A stretch of DNA of 64,000 bases, taken from the NCBI GenBank assembly GCA_963845515.1, contig CAWJSR010000028.1, forward strand, positions 160,001 through 224,000, read 5' to 3'. The notes beneath the pieces were generated by a model. The model had not been told where the DNA came from and ran no database searches. It worked only from the letters and a program-made list of their open reading frames with translations. The DNA comes from an uncultured delta proteobacterium (lineage in GTDB: Bacteria > Myxococcota > Myxococcia > Myxococcales > Anaeromyxobacteraceae). The position numbers and the translations under genes were made by a program. Positions 28,230-38,918 of the stretch are shown here, piece by piece. Every line of letters begins with the position of its first letter. Position 1 is the first letter of the stretch.

Positions 28230-29822
28230 ATGCCCCAGGAGACGACGATGTTTGCCGCCATACCCGATATCCGCCGCCCCGTTCGGTCCGCCGCATCGCG
28301 GGGGTGGCAGCACGCCGCCACCTGGGCCGTGCTGCTGGGCAGCCTGGTCGGCGCCGGTTGCGGCAGCCTGCCGCAGCAGGTGGAGCGCCCCATGTCCTGG
28401 ACGATGCCGCTGGCCGAAGACACGCCGCTGGCGCGCCTGATGCAGGCCTCGACACCGCCGCAGCTGGCGCAGCAGTCGGGCATCCGCCTGCTCGCGGACG
28501 GCGCCGACGCGCTGGCCACGCGGCTGGCGCTGATCGACGCCGCGCGCAGCTCGCTGGACCTGCAGTACTTCCTGATCAGCGACGACGCCAGCGGCGTGCA
28601 GCTGCTCGACGCGCTGCGCGCCGCGGCCGAACGTGGCGTGCGCGTGCGGCTGCTGCTCGACGACCTGCATGTCGGCGCCCACGAGACACGCCTGGCGGCG
28701 CTGGACCACCACGCGCGGATCGAGGTGCGGCTGTTCAACCCGCTGCCGGTGCGCGGCGCCTCGCTGGCGCAGCGGCTGCTCGGCTCGATGCACGAGTTCG
28801 GACGCATCAACCGGCGCATGCACAACAAGCTGTTCATCGCCGATGGCCAGATCGCACTGGCCGGTGGCCGCAACATCGGCGACGACTACTTCATGCGCAG
28901 CACGGTCGCCAACTTCGTCGACCTGGACATCCTGGCCACCGGGCCGGTGGTGGGCGAGCTGGCCCAGCTTTTCGATCGATTCTGGAACGACGACAGCTCC
29001 TATCCGGCGGCCAGCCTGCTGCCGCCGGCGCAGGTCGCCCTGCCTGCCGCCTCGGCCGCACGGCCCGAGGCGGCCACCGCCGACGGCGTTGCGGCGCAGA
29101 TTCGCCGCGGCCGGCTCGAGCTGCACTTCGCCAACGCGCGGGTCTTCGCCGATGCGCCGAGCAAGGCCTCGCGCCTGGATGCATCGCTGCAGCCTGGTGA
29201 AGCAATGGCGCAGTCACTGGCGCTGATGAGCGCGGCACGCTCCGACGTGACCATCGCCTCGCCCTACTTCGTGCCCGGGCCAGGCGGTCTGGCGCTGATG
29301 CAGGAGGCCGCCGCGCGCGGCATCCATATCGCGGTGATGACCAACTCGCTGGGCGCCACCGACGAACCGCTGGCCTATCGCGGCTACCGGCGCTATCGCC
29401 TGGCGATGTTGAAGATGGGCGTGCGCCTGGCCGAACTGAGCCCGGTGCATGGGGAACGGGCCCCGGGTCCGGGCGCGCCGCGCTCTTCGCTCGGACGGCT
29501 GCATGCCAAGCTGGCCATCATCGACCAGCGCTGGCTGCTGGTGGGATCGCTCAACATGGACCGGCGCTCGTCGCGCCTCAACACCGAGCTGGCCTTGGCC
29601 ATCGACAGCCCGGCGCTGGCCCGCGAGGCGGCTGCACTGCTGCAGCGGCTGTGGACCGACAGCAACTACCAGCTGCGCCTGAGCCCGGCCGAGGACCGCA
29701 TCGAATGGCTCGCCAACGAAGACGGCCAGCAAGTCGTGCACAGCAACGAGCCGCATGCCGACTGGTTCGGCCTGTGGGGGCTGAGGCTGATGTCGCTGCT
29801 GGTGCCGGAGGAGTTGTTGTAG
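28230..29822 (+). CDS. Phospholipase D family protein (cardiolipin synthase ClsC-like, probable lipoprotein)
   Basis: Two HKD motifs (HNKLFIAD...GGRN; HAKLAIID...GSLN) and a VGAGC lipobox-like segment; alternative start at 28248. Confidence 0.9.
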   Translation: MPQETTMFAAIPDIRRPVRSAASRGWQHAATWAVLLGSLVGAGCGSLPQQVERPMSWTMPLAEDTPLARLMQASTPPQLAQQSGIRLLADGADALATRLALIDAARSSLDLQYFLISDDASGVQLLDALRAAAERGVRVRLLLDDLHVGAHETRLAALDHHARIEVRLFNPLPVRGASLAQRLLGSMHEFGRINRRMHNKLFIADGQIALAGGRNIGDDYFMRSTVANFVDLDILATGPVVGELAQLFDRFWNDDSSYPAASLLPPAQVALPAASAARPEAATADGVAAQIRRGRLELHFANARVFADAPSKASRLDASLQPGEAMAQSLALMSAARSDVTIASPYFVPGPGGLALMQEAAARGIHIAVMTNSLGATDEPLAYRGYRRYRLAMLKMGVRLAELSPVHGERAPGPGAPRSSLGRLHAKLAIIDQRWLLVGSLNMDRRSSRLNTELALAIDSPALAREAAALLQRLWTDSNYQLRLSPAEDRIEWLANEDGQQVVHSNEPHADWFGLWGLRLMSLLVPEELL

Positions 29823-29899
29823 GTCATCGTCGGCCGGAGCGAATTGTCGCCGTCGTTCTTCCTTGGGCCGGACATTCCGGCAGGCAATGCCCGGGGCAC

Positions 29900-30068
29900 T
29901 GCGTCAGCGGGGATGCAGATGGATGACCTTCTCGGCGCAGCCAGTCTTCGAACGCCCCCATCGTTTCCTGAACCCGGCGCCATGACCCTGCCACTCGGCG
30001 GCGGCTTGTTGATCCTGGCGCGGGCCCGCCTGCGTGGCGGGCCGGGGCCGTCCACGGGCGCAAGCTGA
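29900..30068 (+). pseudogene. Degenerate PEP-CTERM remnant
   Basis: SFPEPGAMTLPLGGGLLILARARLRG resembles a decayed VPEP-TM-basic tail; no plausible N-terminus. Confidence 0.45.
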
Positions 30069-30124
30069 GCGTCGCGGCGCTGGGCAAAGCCGGCGACGCG
30101 ACGCACAGGGCCAGCGTGCTTGGA

Positions 30125-30931
30125 TCACACCGCCGTCTGGCCGGTCAGCTGCCGCGTCACCGGGTGCGAGCTGGACAGCCCGCCGTCGACCACCAGCGCC
30201 TGGCCGTTGACATAGCTCGACTGCGCCGAGGCCAGGAACAGCGCCGCCTGCGCCAGTTCCTCGGGCTGCGCGGCGCGGCGCAGCGGGTTGAGCTTGCCCA
30301 GCTTGTGCGTCACGCCCTTGTCCTTGGCATAGTCGAAGGTCGGCTTGGTCATCCCGGTTTCGGTCAGTCCCGGGCAGATGGCATTGACACGCACGTTGGT
30401 CTCGCACAGCTGCTGCGCCGACACCTGCACCAGATTGATGACCCCGGCCTTCGAGGCCGAATAGGCCGGCCCGCCGGCGCCCGAGCGGATGCCGGCCACC
30501 GACGCGGTGCAGACGATCGAGCCGCCCTTGCCGGCGTCGGCCATGGCCTTGCCGGCATGCTTGACCATCAGCCACGGGCCGATCAGGTTGACGCGCAGCA
30601 CCTCGGCAAAGTGTTCGGGCGTGAGCTCGAAGATGCCGGCCATGCCGCCGGACACGCCGGCATTGGCGAAGGCCACGTCGAGCCGGCCGTACTCGGAAAG
30701 CGCGCTGGCCACCAGCTTGGCCACATCCGCCTCGACGCCGGCGTCCATCTGCATGGCGGTCGCGCGGCCACCGGCTTGCTGCACCTGACGCGCGGTGTCG
30801 TGCACGGCCTCGGTCTTGTCACCCACGACCACAGTCGCGCCTTCGGCAGCGAACAAGAGTGCCGATGCGCGGCCGATGCCGGAGCCTGCGCCGGTGATGA
30901 TGGCCACCTTGCCTTCGAGTGCATTGCCCAC
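30125..30931 (-). CDS. Short-chain dehydrogenase/reductase (FabG-like)
   Basis: [31 protein letters not shown] start with GGAG SD. Confidence 0.92.
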   Translation of the reverse strand: MGNALEGKVAIITGAGSGIGRASALLFAAEGATVVVGDKTEAVHDTARQVQQAGGRATAMQMDAGVEADVAKLVASALSEYGRLDVAFANAGVSGGMAGIFELTPEHFAEVLRVNLIGPWLMVKHAGKAMADAGKGGSIVCTASVAGIRSGAGGPAYSASKAGVINLVQVSAQQLCETNVRVNAICPGLTETGMTKPTFDYAKDKGVTHKLGKLNPLRRAAQPEELAQAALFLASAQSSYVNGQALVVDGGLSSSHPVTRQLTGQTAV

Positions 30932-31122
30932 GTGTTGCTCCAGTCCTTGAGTGATTGCCGAGGAGGCACAAGCGTACACGCGCACAGGGCGGCGCCGAAG
31001 CCATTCGCGATATAGTGTTTGCCCTGTGGCGGCTTGCCCTGCCGCTGGCGGCGCAAGACGCCGCACCCACCCACAAATGCAGCGCAGCCCCCCATCGGTG
31101 TGGGCGCCAGCGGAGGTTTGTT

Positions 31123-31815
31123 TTGGATTACGCGCAACAGCAACGCAACCCGGGCAAGCACGTCGTCGGCTTGTCGGTGGTGGTGGCGCTGCATGTGCTG
31201 CTGGGCGTGCTGCTGGTCTATGGGCTGTCGCGCACGGTGGTCGATGTCGTGCGTGCGCCGATCGACACCAAGATCATCGAGGAGGTGAAACCGCCCCCCC
31301 CTCCGCCGCTGGACAGCCTGCCACCACCGCCGCGCACGGCACCACCGCCGCCCTCATTCGTGCCACCGCCCGAGGTGCAGGTGACACCGCCACCGACACC
31401 GGCGCCGACCATCACCACCACGCCGGTGGCGCCGCCGCCGTCGCCGCCGGTGCGCATCGAGCCGGCTGCGCCGGCCGTGGTCAGCGCACCGCCGGCGCCC
31501 CCCGTGCCGCCGGCCGCGCCAGTGCGCACCTCGCCCAAGCTGGACTTCAACGCCTGTGCCAAGCCCGAGTACAACGCCGCCACGCGCCGCGCCGAGGCGC
31601 AGGGCTCGGTGGTCGTGGCCTACACAATGGACACCAGCGGCGTCATCAGCGAAGCCCGCATCGAAAAGTCCAGTGGCGTGACGCGCGAACACAAGATGCT
31701 CGATCGCATGACGCTCGAGGCCGTGCAGAACTGCAAGGGCACGCCCGGCACGCTGGACGGCAAGCCGGAAAAGCTCAGCTCACGCATCGAATACGTCTGG
31801 AAGCTGACCGATTGA
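31123..31815 (+). CDS. tonB: Energy transducer TonB
   Basis: GGAGG SD with TTG start; TM helix SVVVALHV, Pro-rich spacer, and C-terminal domain (KPEY...AQGSV...KSSG). Confidence 0.85.
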   Translation: MDYAQQQRNPGKHVVGLSVVVALHVLLGVLLVYGLSRTVVDVVRAPIDTKIIEEVKPPPPPPLDSLPPPPRTAPPPPSFVPPPEVQVTPPPTPAPTITTTPVAPPPSPPVRIEPAAPAVVSAPPAPPVPPAAPVRTSPKLDFNACAKPEYNAATRRAEAQGSVVVAYTMDTSGVISEARIEKSSGVTREHKMLDRMTLEAVQNCKGTPGTLDGKPEKLSSRIEYVWKLTD

Positions 31816-31829
31816 CCCCTGGAGAAACC

Positions 31830-32640
31830 ATGTCCTTCTCGCACCCCCGACCCCTGCTGCAGTGCGCACGACCTGCCAAGGCAATGCTGTTGCTGCTGGC
31901 AGGCCTGACGCTGGGCCTGGGCCTGCTGCCGCAAATGGCCCTGGCCCAGGCGGCTTCGGCGCCGATGGTGGCCCAGGAAACTGTCGCCAACCCCTACGGG
32001 CTGGCGGCGCTGTGGGCGCAGGGCGACTTCGTCGCCCGCGGCACGCTGATCGTCATGGTCATCATGAGCATGGGCAGCTGGTACATCATCTTCACCAAGC
32101 TGTTCGAGCAGCGCAAGCTGATGAAGAGCGCCGAGGCTGCGGCCAAGACCTTCTGGAGCGCCGGCTCGGTGAAGGCCGGCATCAGCGCCCTGGAAGAAGG
32201 CAGCGCCTTCCGCTACGTGGCCGAAAGCGGCGTCAACGCCAGCGAACACCACGAGGGCACGCTGGTCGAGCAGATCGACAAGCACACCTGGGTGTCGATG
32301 AGCGTGCAGCGCGCCATCGACAACATCAACAGCCGACTGCAGGACGGCCTGGCCTTCCTGGCCACGGTCGGCTCCACCGCGCCTTTCGTCGGCCTGTTCG
32401 GCACGGTCTGGGGCATCTACCACGCGCTCACCGCCATCGGCATCAGCGGCCAGGCCAGCATCGACAAGGTGGCCGGCCCGGTGGGCGAGGCGCTGATCAT
32501 GACCGCCTTCGGCCTGGCCGTCGCGGTGCCGGCGGTGATGGGCTACAACTGGCTGATCCGGCGCAACAAGATGGCGATGGAGCGCGTGCGCGCCTTCGGC
32601 AGCGACGTGCACAACGTGCTGCTCGCGGGCAAGGAGATGA
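31830..32640 (+). CDS. exbB: MotA/TolQ/ExbB proton channel protein; expected stop missing next to the hairpin element (end approximate)
   Basis: LATVGSTAPFVGLFGTVWGI and GEALIMTAFGLAVAVPAV. Confidence 0.9.
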
Positions 32641-32643
32641 CCC

Positions 32644-32752
32644 ACCCCCGAAGCGCCTGTCGGCGCTCCCCCTCAAGGGGGCGCCGCCGGCGGACCGGCA
32701 GAAGCCGGATCCGCGGCGTCCGCTCGATGGCGATGCGGCCTGCCGCGGCCTT
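32644..32752. repeat. Multi-hairpin palindromic element (REP/RPE-like or MITE-like)
   Basis: Consecutive stems: AGCGCC/GGCGCT (32652-32667), CCCCC/GGGGG (32668-32681) and a 14-bp bulged stem at 32685-32718 with AGAA loop. Single copy in this window. Confidence 0.6.
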
Positions 32753-32775
32753 CTTCCATTGCGTGGAGCTTGCAA

Positions 32776-33214
32776 ATGGCGATGAACCTGGCCAATGCCG
32801 ACGGCGACGAGGACGAGATGAACGCCACCATCAACACCACGCCGCTGGTCGACGTGATGCTGGTGCTGCTGATCATCTTTCTGATCACCATCCCGGTGGT
32901 CACGCAAAGCGTGCCGCTCGAGCTGCCGAAGGAACGCAACCTGCCGACGCAGACCAAGCCCGAGAACATCGTCATCGCCGTCAACCGCGACGGCGAGGTC
33001 TTCTGGGGCACCGAGCGGCTGCCCGACAACGAGACGCTGGTCGAGCGGCTCAAGACCGTGTCGAAGAAGGAGCCGCAGCCCGAGGTGCACATCCGCGGCG
33101 ACAGCGAGGTGCGCTACGAAAGCGTCGGCCGCGTGGTGCGTCGCCGCGCAGCGCGCCGGCATCTACAAGGTGGGCTTCATCACCGAGCCGCCGGCCGGTG
33201 CGGCGGTACGCTGA
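32776..33214 (+). CDS. exbD: Biopolymer transport protein ExbD (indel near 33140)
   Basis: INTTPLVDVMLVLLIIFLIT, HIRGD; the C-terminus AQRAGIYKVGFITEP is in the shifted frame. Confidence 0.9.
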
Positions 33215-33226
33215 CAAGGAACGCAC

Positions 33227-33646
33227 ATGGCCATGAACCTGGGTCCCGGCAGCGATGACGAGCCGCTGACCGAGATGAACATGACGCCGCTGATCGACGT
33301 GATGCTGGTGCTGCTGATCATGTTCATCATCACCATCCCGATCCAGACGCACGCGGTCAAGATGAACATGCCGGTGGGACCGAGCGCGCAGCCGCCCAGG
33401 CCGCCGGAGATCGTGCGCATCGACGTCGACTTCGACGGCACCATCGGCTGGAACGGGCAGATCGTCGCCGACCGCAACGAGCTCGAAGCCAAGCTGGCCA
33501 CGGTGGCGGCCATGGCCGACCAACCCGAGGTGCACCTGCGGCCGAACAAGCTGGTGACCTACAAGGTGGTGGCGATGATCCTGGCGTCGGCACAACGGCT
33601 GGGCGTCACCAAGATCGGCATCGTCGGCAACGAACAATTCCTGTGA
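33227..33646 (+). CDS. exbD: Second ExbD
   Basis: MNMTPLIDVMLVLLIMFIIT ... AQRLGVTKIGIVG. Confidence 0.9.
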   Translation: MAMNLGPGSDDEPLTEMNMTPLIDVMLVLLIMFIITIPIQTHAVKMNMPVGPSAQPPRPPEIVRIDVDFDGTIGWNGQIVADRNELEAKLATVAAMADQPEVHLRPNKLVTYKVVAMILASAQRLGVTKIGIVGNEQFL

Positions 33647-34852
33647 CGACACGACTGCGCACCTGGACCGCGGCGCTGCTCTTCGCCGGACTGTGCACGC
33701 TGGCCGCGGCGCAGGCGCTGCGCCCCGAGGTCGCCAAGCCACTGCAGCAGGCCGGCGAACTGCTGAAGGCCGGCAAGTCGAAGGAGGCGCTGGCCAAGGT
33801 GCGCGAGGCCGATGCGGTGCCCAACAAGACGCCGGCCGAGCAGCTGACCATCGACCGCATGCGCGGTGCCGCGGCGCAGCGCGCCGGCGACCATGCCACC
33901 ACCATCCAGGCCTTCGAGGCGGTGTTCGCCAGCGGCAAGCTGTCGCAGGCCGAGCAGGCGCAGGTGGCCGAATCGCTGGCCTATGCCTATGCGCAGACCA
34001 AGGACTTCGCCAAGGCGCAGGCCTGGATAGGCCGCGCGCAGCAGGCCGGCGGCAACAGCGCGCAGCTCAAGCAGCTGCAGGCCTGGATGCAGAGCCAGTC
34101 GGGCGACTATGCGGCGATCGCGCGCGATGCCGCGGCCGCCGTGAGCACCGCCGAACAGGCCGGACAGCGCCCGGCCGAAGCCGACCTGCTGCGCCTGGCC
34201 GATGCCTACCAGCGCAGCAGCAACCCGGCCTACAACGCCACGCTGGGCAAGCTGCTGACGTACTACCCGAAGAAGGAGTACTGGGCCGCCTACCTGGCGC
34301 GGCTGCCGCGCAAGAGCGGTTTCGCCGACCGCTACGCGCTCGACGTGATGCGCCTCAAGCTCGCCAGCGGCACGATGAGCAGCACCGACGACTTCATGGA
34401 AATGGCGCAGCTGGCGCTTGCAGGCCGGACTGCCGGCCGAAGCGAAGAAGATCGTCGAACGCGGCTTTGCCAGCGGCGCGCTGGGCACGGGCGCCGAAGC
34501 CGAACGCCACCAGCGGCTGCGCGCACTGGCGCTGAAGCAGGACGCCGAAAGCAGCGCCGCCATCGCCGCGCGCGCCGCCGAGGCCGCCGCGGCCAAGGAC
34601 GGCAATGCGCTGGTGCAGGTCGGCACCGTCTACGTGAGCATGGGCGAGGTCGACAAGGGCATCGCGCTGATCGAACAGGGCATCGCCAAGGGCGGGTTGA
34701 AGCGGCCCGAGGACGCCAAGCTGCGCCTGGGCCTGGCGCAGCTGCAATCGGCGCAGAGCAAGGCCAAGGGCGCGACCACGCTGCGCGGCGTGCAGGGCAA
34801 CGACGGCAGCGCCGACATCGCACGGCTGTGGATGCTGCTCGGCAATGGCTGA
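33643..34852 (+). CDS. Exported TPR-like protein associated with tonB-exbBD (indel near 34420)
   Basis: Signal peptide, LRPEVAKPLQQA, helical Ala-rich repeats; continues as QAGLPAEAKK...IARLW. Confidence 0.8.
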
Positions 34853-35807
34853 GCTGCCGCCCTTCGCCAGCGCCCTGGGCGATGGCATCTGGTGCATCGA
34901 CACCGGCTACCACCGGCCGCACTACGACGCCGCCTACCTGCTGGTCGACAGCGGCCGCGCCGCCTTCTGCGACACCGGCACCAACTTCGCGGTGCCGCGG
35001 CTGCTGGCCACGCTGCAGGCCCTGGGTCTGGCGCGCGATGCGGTCGACTGGGTGATCCCCTCGCACGTGCACCTGGACCATGCCGGCGGCGCCGGGCTGC
35101 TGATGCAGCGAGCTGCCCAGCCGCACGCTTGCTGCTGCACCCGCGCGGCCTGCGCCACATGGTCGACCCGTCGGCGCTGCAGCAGGCGGTGCTGGCGATC
35201 TACGGCGCCGAAGCGGTGGCGCGCGACTACGGCACGCTGCTGCCGGTGGACGCCGAACGCATCACCGCCACCGAGGACGGCATGGTCGTGACGCTGGGCA
35301 GCGCGCCGGCTGGAGTTTGCCCACACGCCGGGCCATGCGCAGCACCACCACTGCCTGTGGGACGAAACGCAGCGGCGGCTGGTTCGCCGGCGACACCTTC
35401 GGCGTCAGCTACCGCGAGTTCGACAGCGCGGCGGGTGCGTGGATCCTGGCGATCTCGACGCCGGTGCAGTTCGACCCGCCGACGCTGCGCGCATCCGTAC
35501 AGCGGCTGCTGGCGCGGCAGCCGCGCTGCATGTACCTGACACACTACGGCCGCGTCGGCGACGTGGCGCGCCTCGGCACCGAGCTGCTGGACGGCATCGA
35601 CCGGCTGGTGGCGCTCGGCCAGGCCACGCCGGCCGGCGCCGAGCGCGACCAGCGCTGCGCCAGGCGCTGCAGGCGCATGTACCAGCAGCGACGCCCGCGC
35701 GCACGGCTGCACGCTGGGCGACGAGGCGGTCGCCGAGGCGCTGGACATGGACCTGACGCTGAACGCGCAGGGCCTGGGCATCTGGCTGGACCGCCAGGAC
35801 CAGCTGA
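34845..35807 (+). CDS. MBL-fold metallo-hydrolase (several indels; end approximate)
   Basis: SHVHLDHAGG, HTPGHAQHH, FAGDTFG, YLTHYG across frames. Confidence 0.85.
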
Positions 35808-35820
35808 CAAGGAGACCCGC

Positions 35821-36617
35821 ATGTCGAACGTCGATTTCAAGCTGCACGGCCGCACCGCCATCGTCACCGGCGCGGCACAGGGCATCGGCGCCGCCTGCGC
35901 GCAGCGTCTGGCGCGCGACGGCGCCGCGCGTGGCGCTGTGGGACGTGGACGATGCGCGCGGCGAGGCGCTGGCCCAGGCGCTGCGGCCGACGGCCGCCGC
36001 GCGCCGCTACCAACGCTGCGACGTGTCGAAGAAGGCCGAGGTCGATGCCGCGCTGGCCGCCACGCTGGCCGCGTTCGGCCGCGTGCACGCGCTGGTCAAC
36101 AACGCCGGCATCTTCAAGGCCGCGGACTTCCTGGACATCAGCGAAGCCGACTGGGACGCGGTGATCGGCGTCAACCTGAAGGGCGCGTTCCTGGTCGGCC
36201 AGGCGGTGGCGCGGCACATGGCGCGCACAGGGCGGCGGCGCCATCGTGCACATGAGCTCGGTCAACGCCACGCTGGCCATCCCCAGCATCGCCAGCTACA
36301 ACGCCAGCAAGGGCGGCATCAACCAGCTGACGCGCGTCATGGCGCTGGCGCTGGTGGACCACGGCATCCGCGTCAACGCGGTGGCGCCGGGCACCATCGC
36401 CACCGAGCTGGCGCGCGCCGCGGTGCTGACCAGCGAAGAGGCCAGCGCGCGCATCATGAGCCGCACGCCGATGCGCCGGCTGGGCGAGCCCGACGAGGTG
36501 GCGGAAGCGGTGGCCTTCCTGCTCAGCGATGCCGCCAGCTACATCACCGGCGAGATCGTCGTCGTCGACGGCGGGCGCATGGCGCTGAACTACACGATGC
36601 CGCCGCTGCAGCCATGA
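35821..36617 (+). CDS. Short-chain dehydrogenase/reductase (two indels)
   Basis: [29 protein letters not shown]. Confidence 0.88.
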
Positions 36618-37143
36618 GCGACGCCCTGCCCCCGCTGCAAGGCGGCTGCCTGTGCGGCCAGCGTGCGCTACGAGGCCACGGCCCACGCACCGCGACGGCT
36701 ACTACTGCCATTGCCGCATGTGCCAGCTGGCCTTCGGCAACACGCGCGCCGCGTTCTTCAACCTGCGCAAGGACCAGGTGCGCTGGCTGAACGGCCCGCC
36801 CGCGTACTACGCATCGTCGAAGATCGCGCGCCGCGGCTTCTGCGGCCACTGCGGCACGCCGCTGAGCTTCGAGTTCCTGGACGGCGAGAACATCGACCTG
36901 TCGGTCGGCAGCCTGGACGACCCGGGCCAGCTGCGGCCCAACGAGCACTTCGGCGTCGAGTCGCGCATCGCCGCCTGGCATGTGGACGACGGCCTGCCCG
37001 GCTCGCGCCTGGACGCCAATGCCAACATCATGCAGCGCTGGCGCAGCGCCTATGGCGAGGGCGTCGAGCCCGGCCTGCAGACGCTGCGCCAGGCCGGCGG
37101 CACAATGACCGCGCCCTCCCCTCCCACCAAGGATTCCGCATGA
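36614..37143 (+). CDS. GFA/CENP-V family protein (indels near 36660-36690)
   Basis: [25 protein letters not shown]. Confidence 0.85.
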
Positions 37144-37538
37144 GACTGCTGCACACGATGCTGCGCGTCGGCAACCTGCAACGTTCGGTCGACTTCTACA
37201 CCCAGGCGCTGGGCATGAAGCTGCTGCGCACCACGCAGCGGCCCGAGCAGAAGTACGACCTGGCCTTCGTCGGCTACGGCAGCAACCCCGAACAGGCCGA
37301 GATCGAGCTGACCTACAACTACGGCGTCGACCAGTACGAACTGGGCAGCGCCTTCGGCCACATCGCCCTGGGCGTGACGGATGTCGCCGCCACCTGCGAA
37401 GCGGTGCGCGCCAAGGCCGCGGCGCTGGGCGGCGCGATCACGCGCGAGGCCGGGCCGGTGAAGGGCGGCAGCACCATCATCGCCTTCATCACCGACCCCG
37501 ACGGCTACAAGATCGAGCTGATCCAGCGCGACGCCTGA
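37140..37538 (+). CDS. gloA: Lactoylglutathione lyase (glyoxalase I)
   Basis: [44 protein letters not shown]. Confidence 0.95.
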   Translation: MRLLHTMLRVGNLQRSVDFYTQALGMKLLRTTQRPEQKYDLAFVGYGSNPEQAEIELTYNYGVDQYELGSAFGHIALGVTDVAATCEAVRAKAAALGGAITREAGPVKGGSTIIAFITDPDGYKIELIQRDA

Positions 37539-37548
37539 GGCCGCCGCG

Positions 37549-38178
37549 ATGTACCTGCCCAAGCACTTCGAGCAGCCGGACCATGAGGCGATAGCGCGGC
37601 TGCTGGCGGCCCATCCGCTGGCCACGCTGGCCTGGACTTCCGCCGACGGCCTGACGGCCGAACACCTGCCGCTGATGTGGGAGCGCGGCGAAGGTGACGG
37701 CGCGCTGGGCACGCTGCGCGGCCACGTGGCGCGCGCCAACCCGGTGTGGCGCGAGGCCGCCGGCAGCGCGGTGCTGGCGGCCTTCCAGGGCCCGCAGGCC
37801 TACATCACGCCGTCGTGGTACCCGTCGAAAGCCGCCACCGCCAAGGTGGTGCCGACCTGGAACTACGCCGTCGTGCACGCGCGCGGCACGCTGCGCGTGA
37901 CCGAAGACGCCGCCTGGCTGCGCGCGCTGGTCGGCCGCCTGACCGACGTGCACGAAGCGCCGCGCGCGCACCGCTGGCAGGTGGACGACGCGCCGGCCGA
38001 CTACATCGAGCAGATGCTGCGCGCCATCGTCGGCATCGAGATCGAAGTCACCAGCCTGCAGGGCAAGTGGAAGGTCAGCCAGAACCGCAGCGCGGCCGAC
38101 CGCGCCGGCGTGGCGGCCGGGCTCGATTCACTGGACAGCGACGACGCGCGGGCGATGGCCGGGCTGGTGCGGCCTTGA
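37549..38178 (+). CDS. FMN-binding negative transcriptional regulator (PaiB family)
   Basis: MYLPKHF, GHVARANP, YITPSWY, VPTWNY, GKWKVSQNR. Confidence 0.9.
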   Translation: MYLPKHFEQPDHEAIARLLAAHPLATLAWTSADGLTAEHLPLMWERGEGDGALGTLRGHVARANPVWREAAGSAVLAAFQGPQAYITPSWYPSKAATAKVVPTWNYAVVHARGTLRVTEDAAWLRALVGRLTDVHEAPRAHRWQVDDAPADYIEQMLRAIVGIEIEVTSLQGKWKVSQNRSAADRAGVAAGLDSLDSDDARAMAGLVRP

Positions 38179-38252
38179 GCCCGATGTTCGAACAGACCTC
38201 AAGAAGTTGGTGGCCGGTTGTCCGCGTCGCCCGAGTGTGGGAGCGTCTATCC

Positions 38253-38486
38253 ATGAACCCGATCCACCCCCTCATCACCGCGGACCCGCTGCGCCGAGGC
38301 GGCCGGCCCTGTGTGCGCGACCTGCGCATCAGCGTGGGTGACGTGCTGGGCTGGCTGGCGATTGGGCAGACGGTCGAGCAGATCGTGGCCGACTACCCGG
38401 AACTCACGCCCGAGGACATCCGCGCCTGCCTGGCCGATGCCGCCGAGCGCGAACTGCACGAGGTGCGGCTGACCGCGGCAGCGTGA
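38253..38486 (+). CDS. DUF433 family antitoxin
   Basis: GGRPCVRDLRISV...DYPELTPEDIRACL. Confidence 0.9.
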   Translation: MNPIHPLITADPLRRGGRPCVRDLRISVGDVLGWLAIGQTVEQIVADYPELTPEDIRACLADAAERELHEVRLTAAA

Positions 38487-38792
38487 AGCTGCTGCTGGAC
38501 GAGAACCTGTCGCGGCGGCGGTGCCGTCGCTGCAGGCCCGGTTTCCGGGCAGCAGTCACCGGTGGCTCTTCTGGGGCTGGAGCGGGCCACCGACGCCCAG
38601 CTTCGCGAGCATGCGGCACAACTCGGCTTCGTCGATCTGCAGCAAGCGATCGACGACTTCCAGCGCCTGGTGGCGGCGACGAGGCTACCGCGCCCAGGCT
38701 CGTACATGTGGCCATGGGCAACGTCGGCAACAGACGCAATACTGGCCGCACTGCTGGGCCGGCTGCCGACCAGTTGCAGACTGGCGTTTTGA
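38483..38792 (+). pseudogene. DUF5615 PIN-like toxin, multiply frameshifted (end approximate)
   Basis: GTGA overlap with the antitoxin. KLLLDENLS, FPGSSH, LGLERATD, DDF and MGN fragments lie in different frames. Confidence 0.7.
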
Positions 38793-38918
38793 CGATCCGG
38801 CCACGCTGGCGTGGTGGTGATCGCAATGAACGACGCGCGCTGGGCCATACCCCACGCAGGTGCGGCAGCGTGTTCTGTCGGCTTTCAGCGCTGATCCGTA
38901 CGGTGAACTGAGGCTGAA

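Noticed and set aside
30951..33236. TonB-ExbB-ExbD fusion protein (761 aa)
   Set aside because: Only the central part is ExbB. tonB and exbD are in other frames with their own SD and start codons.
34845..38178. Novel glutathione/aldehyde detoxification system (MBL hydrolase, SDR, GFA, gloA, paiB)
   Set aside because: These are common housekeeping families, with nothing beyond adjacency to support a dedicated pathway.
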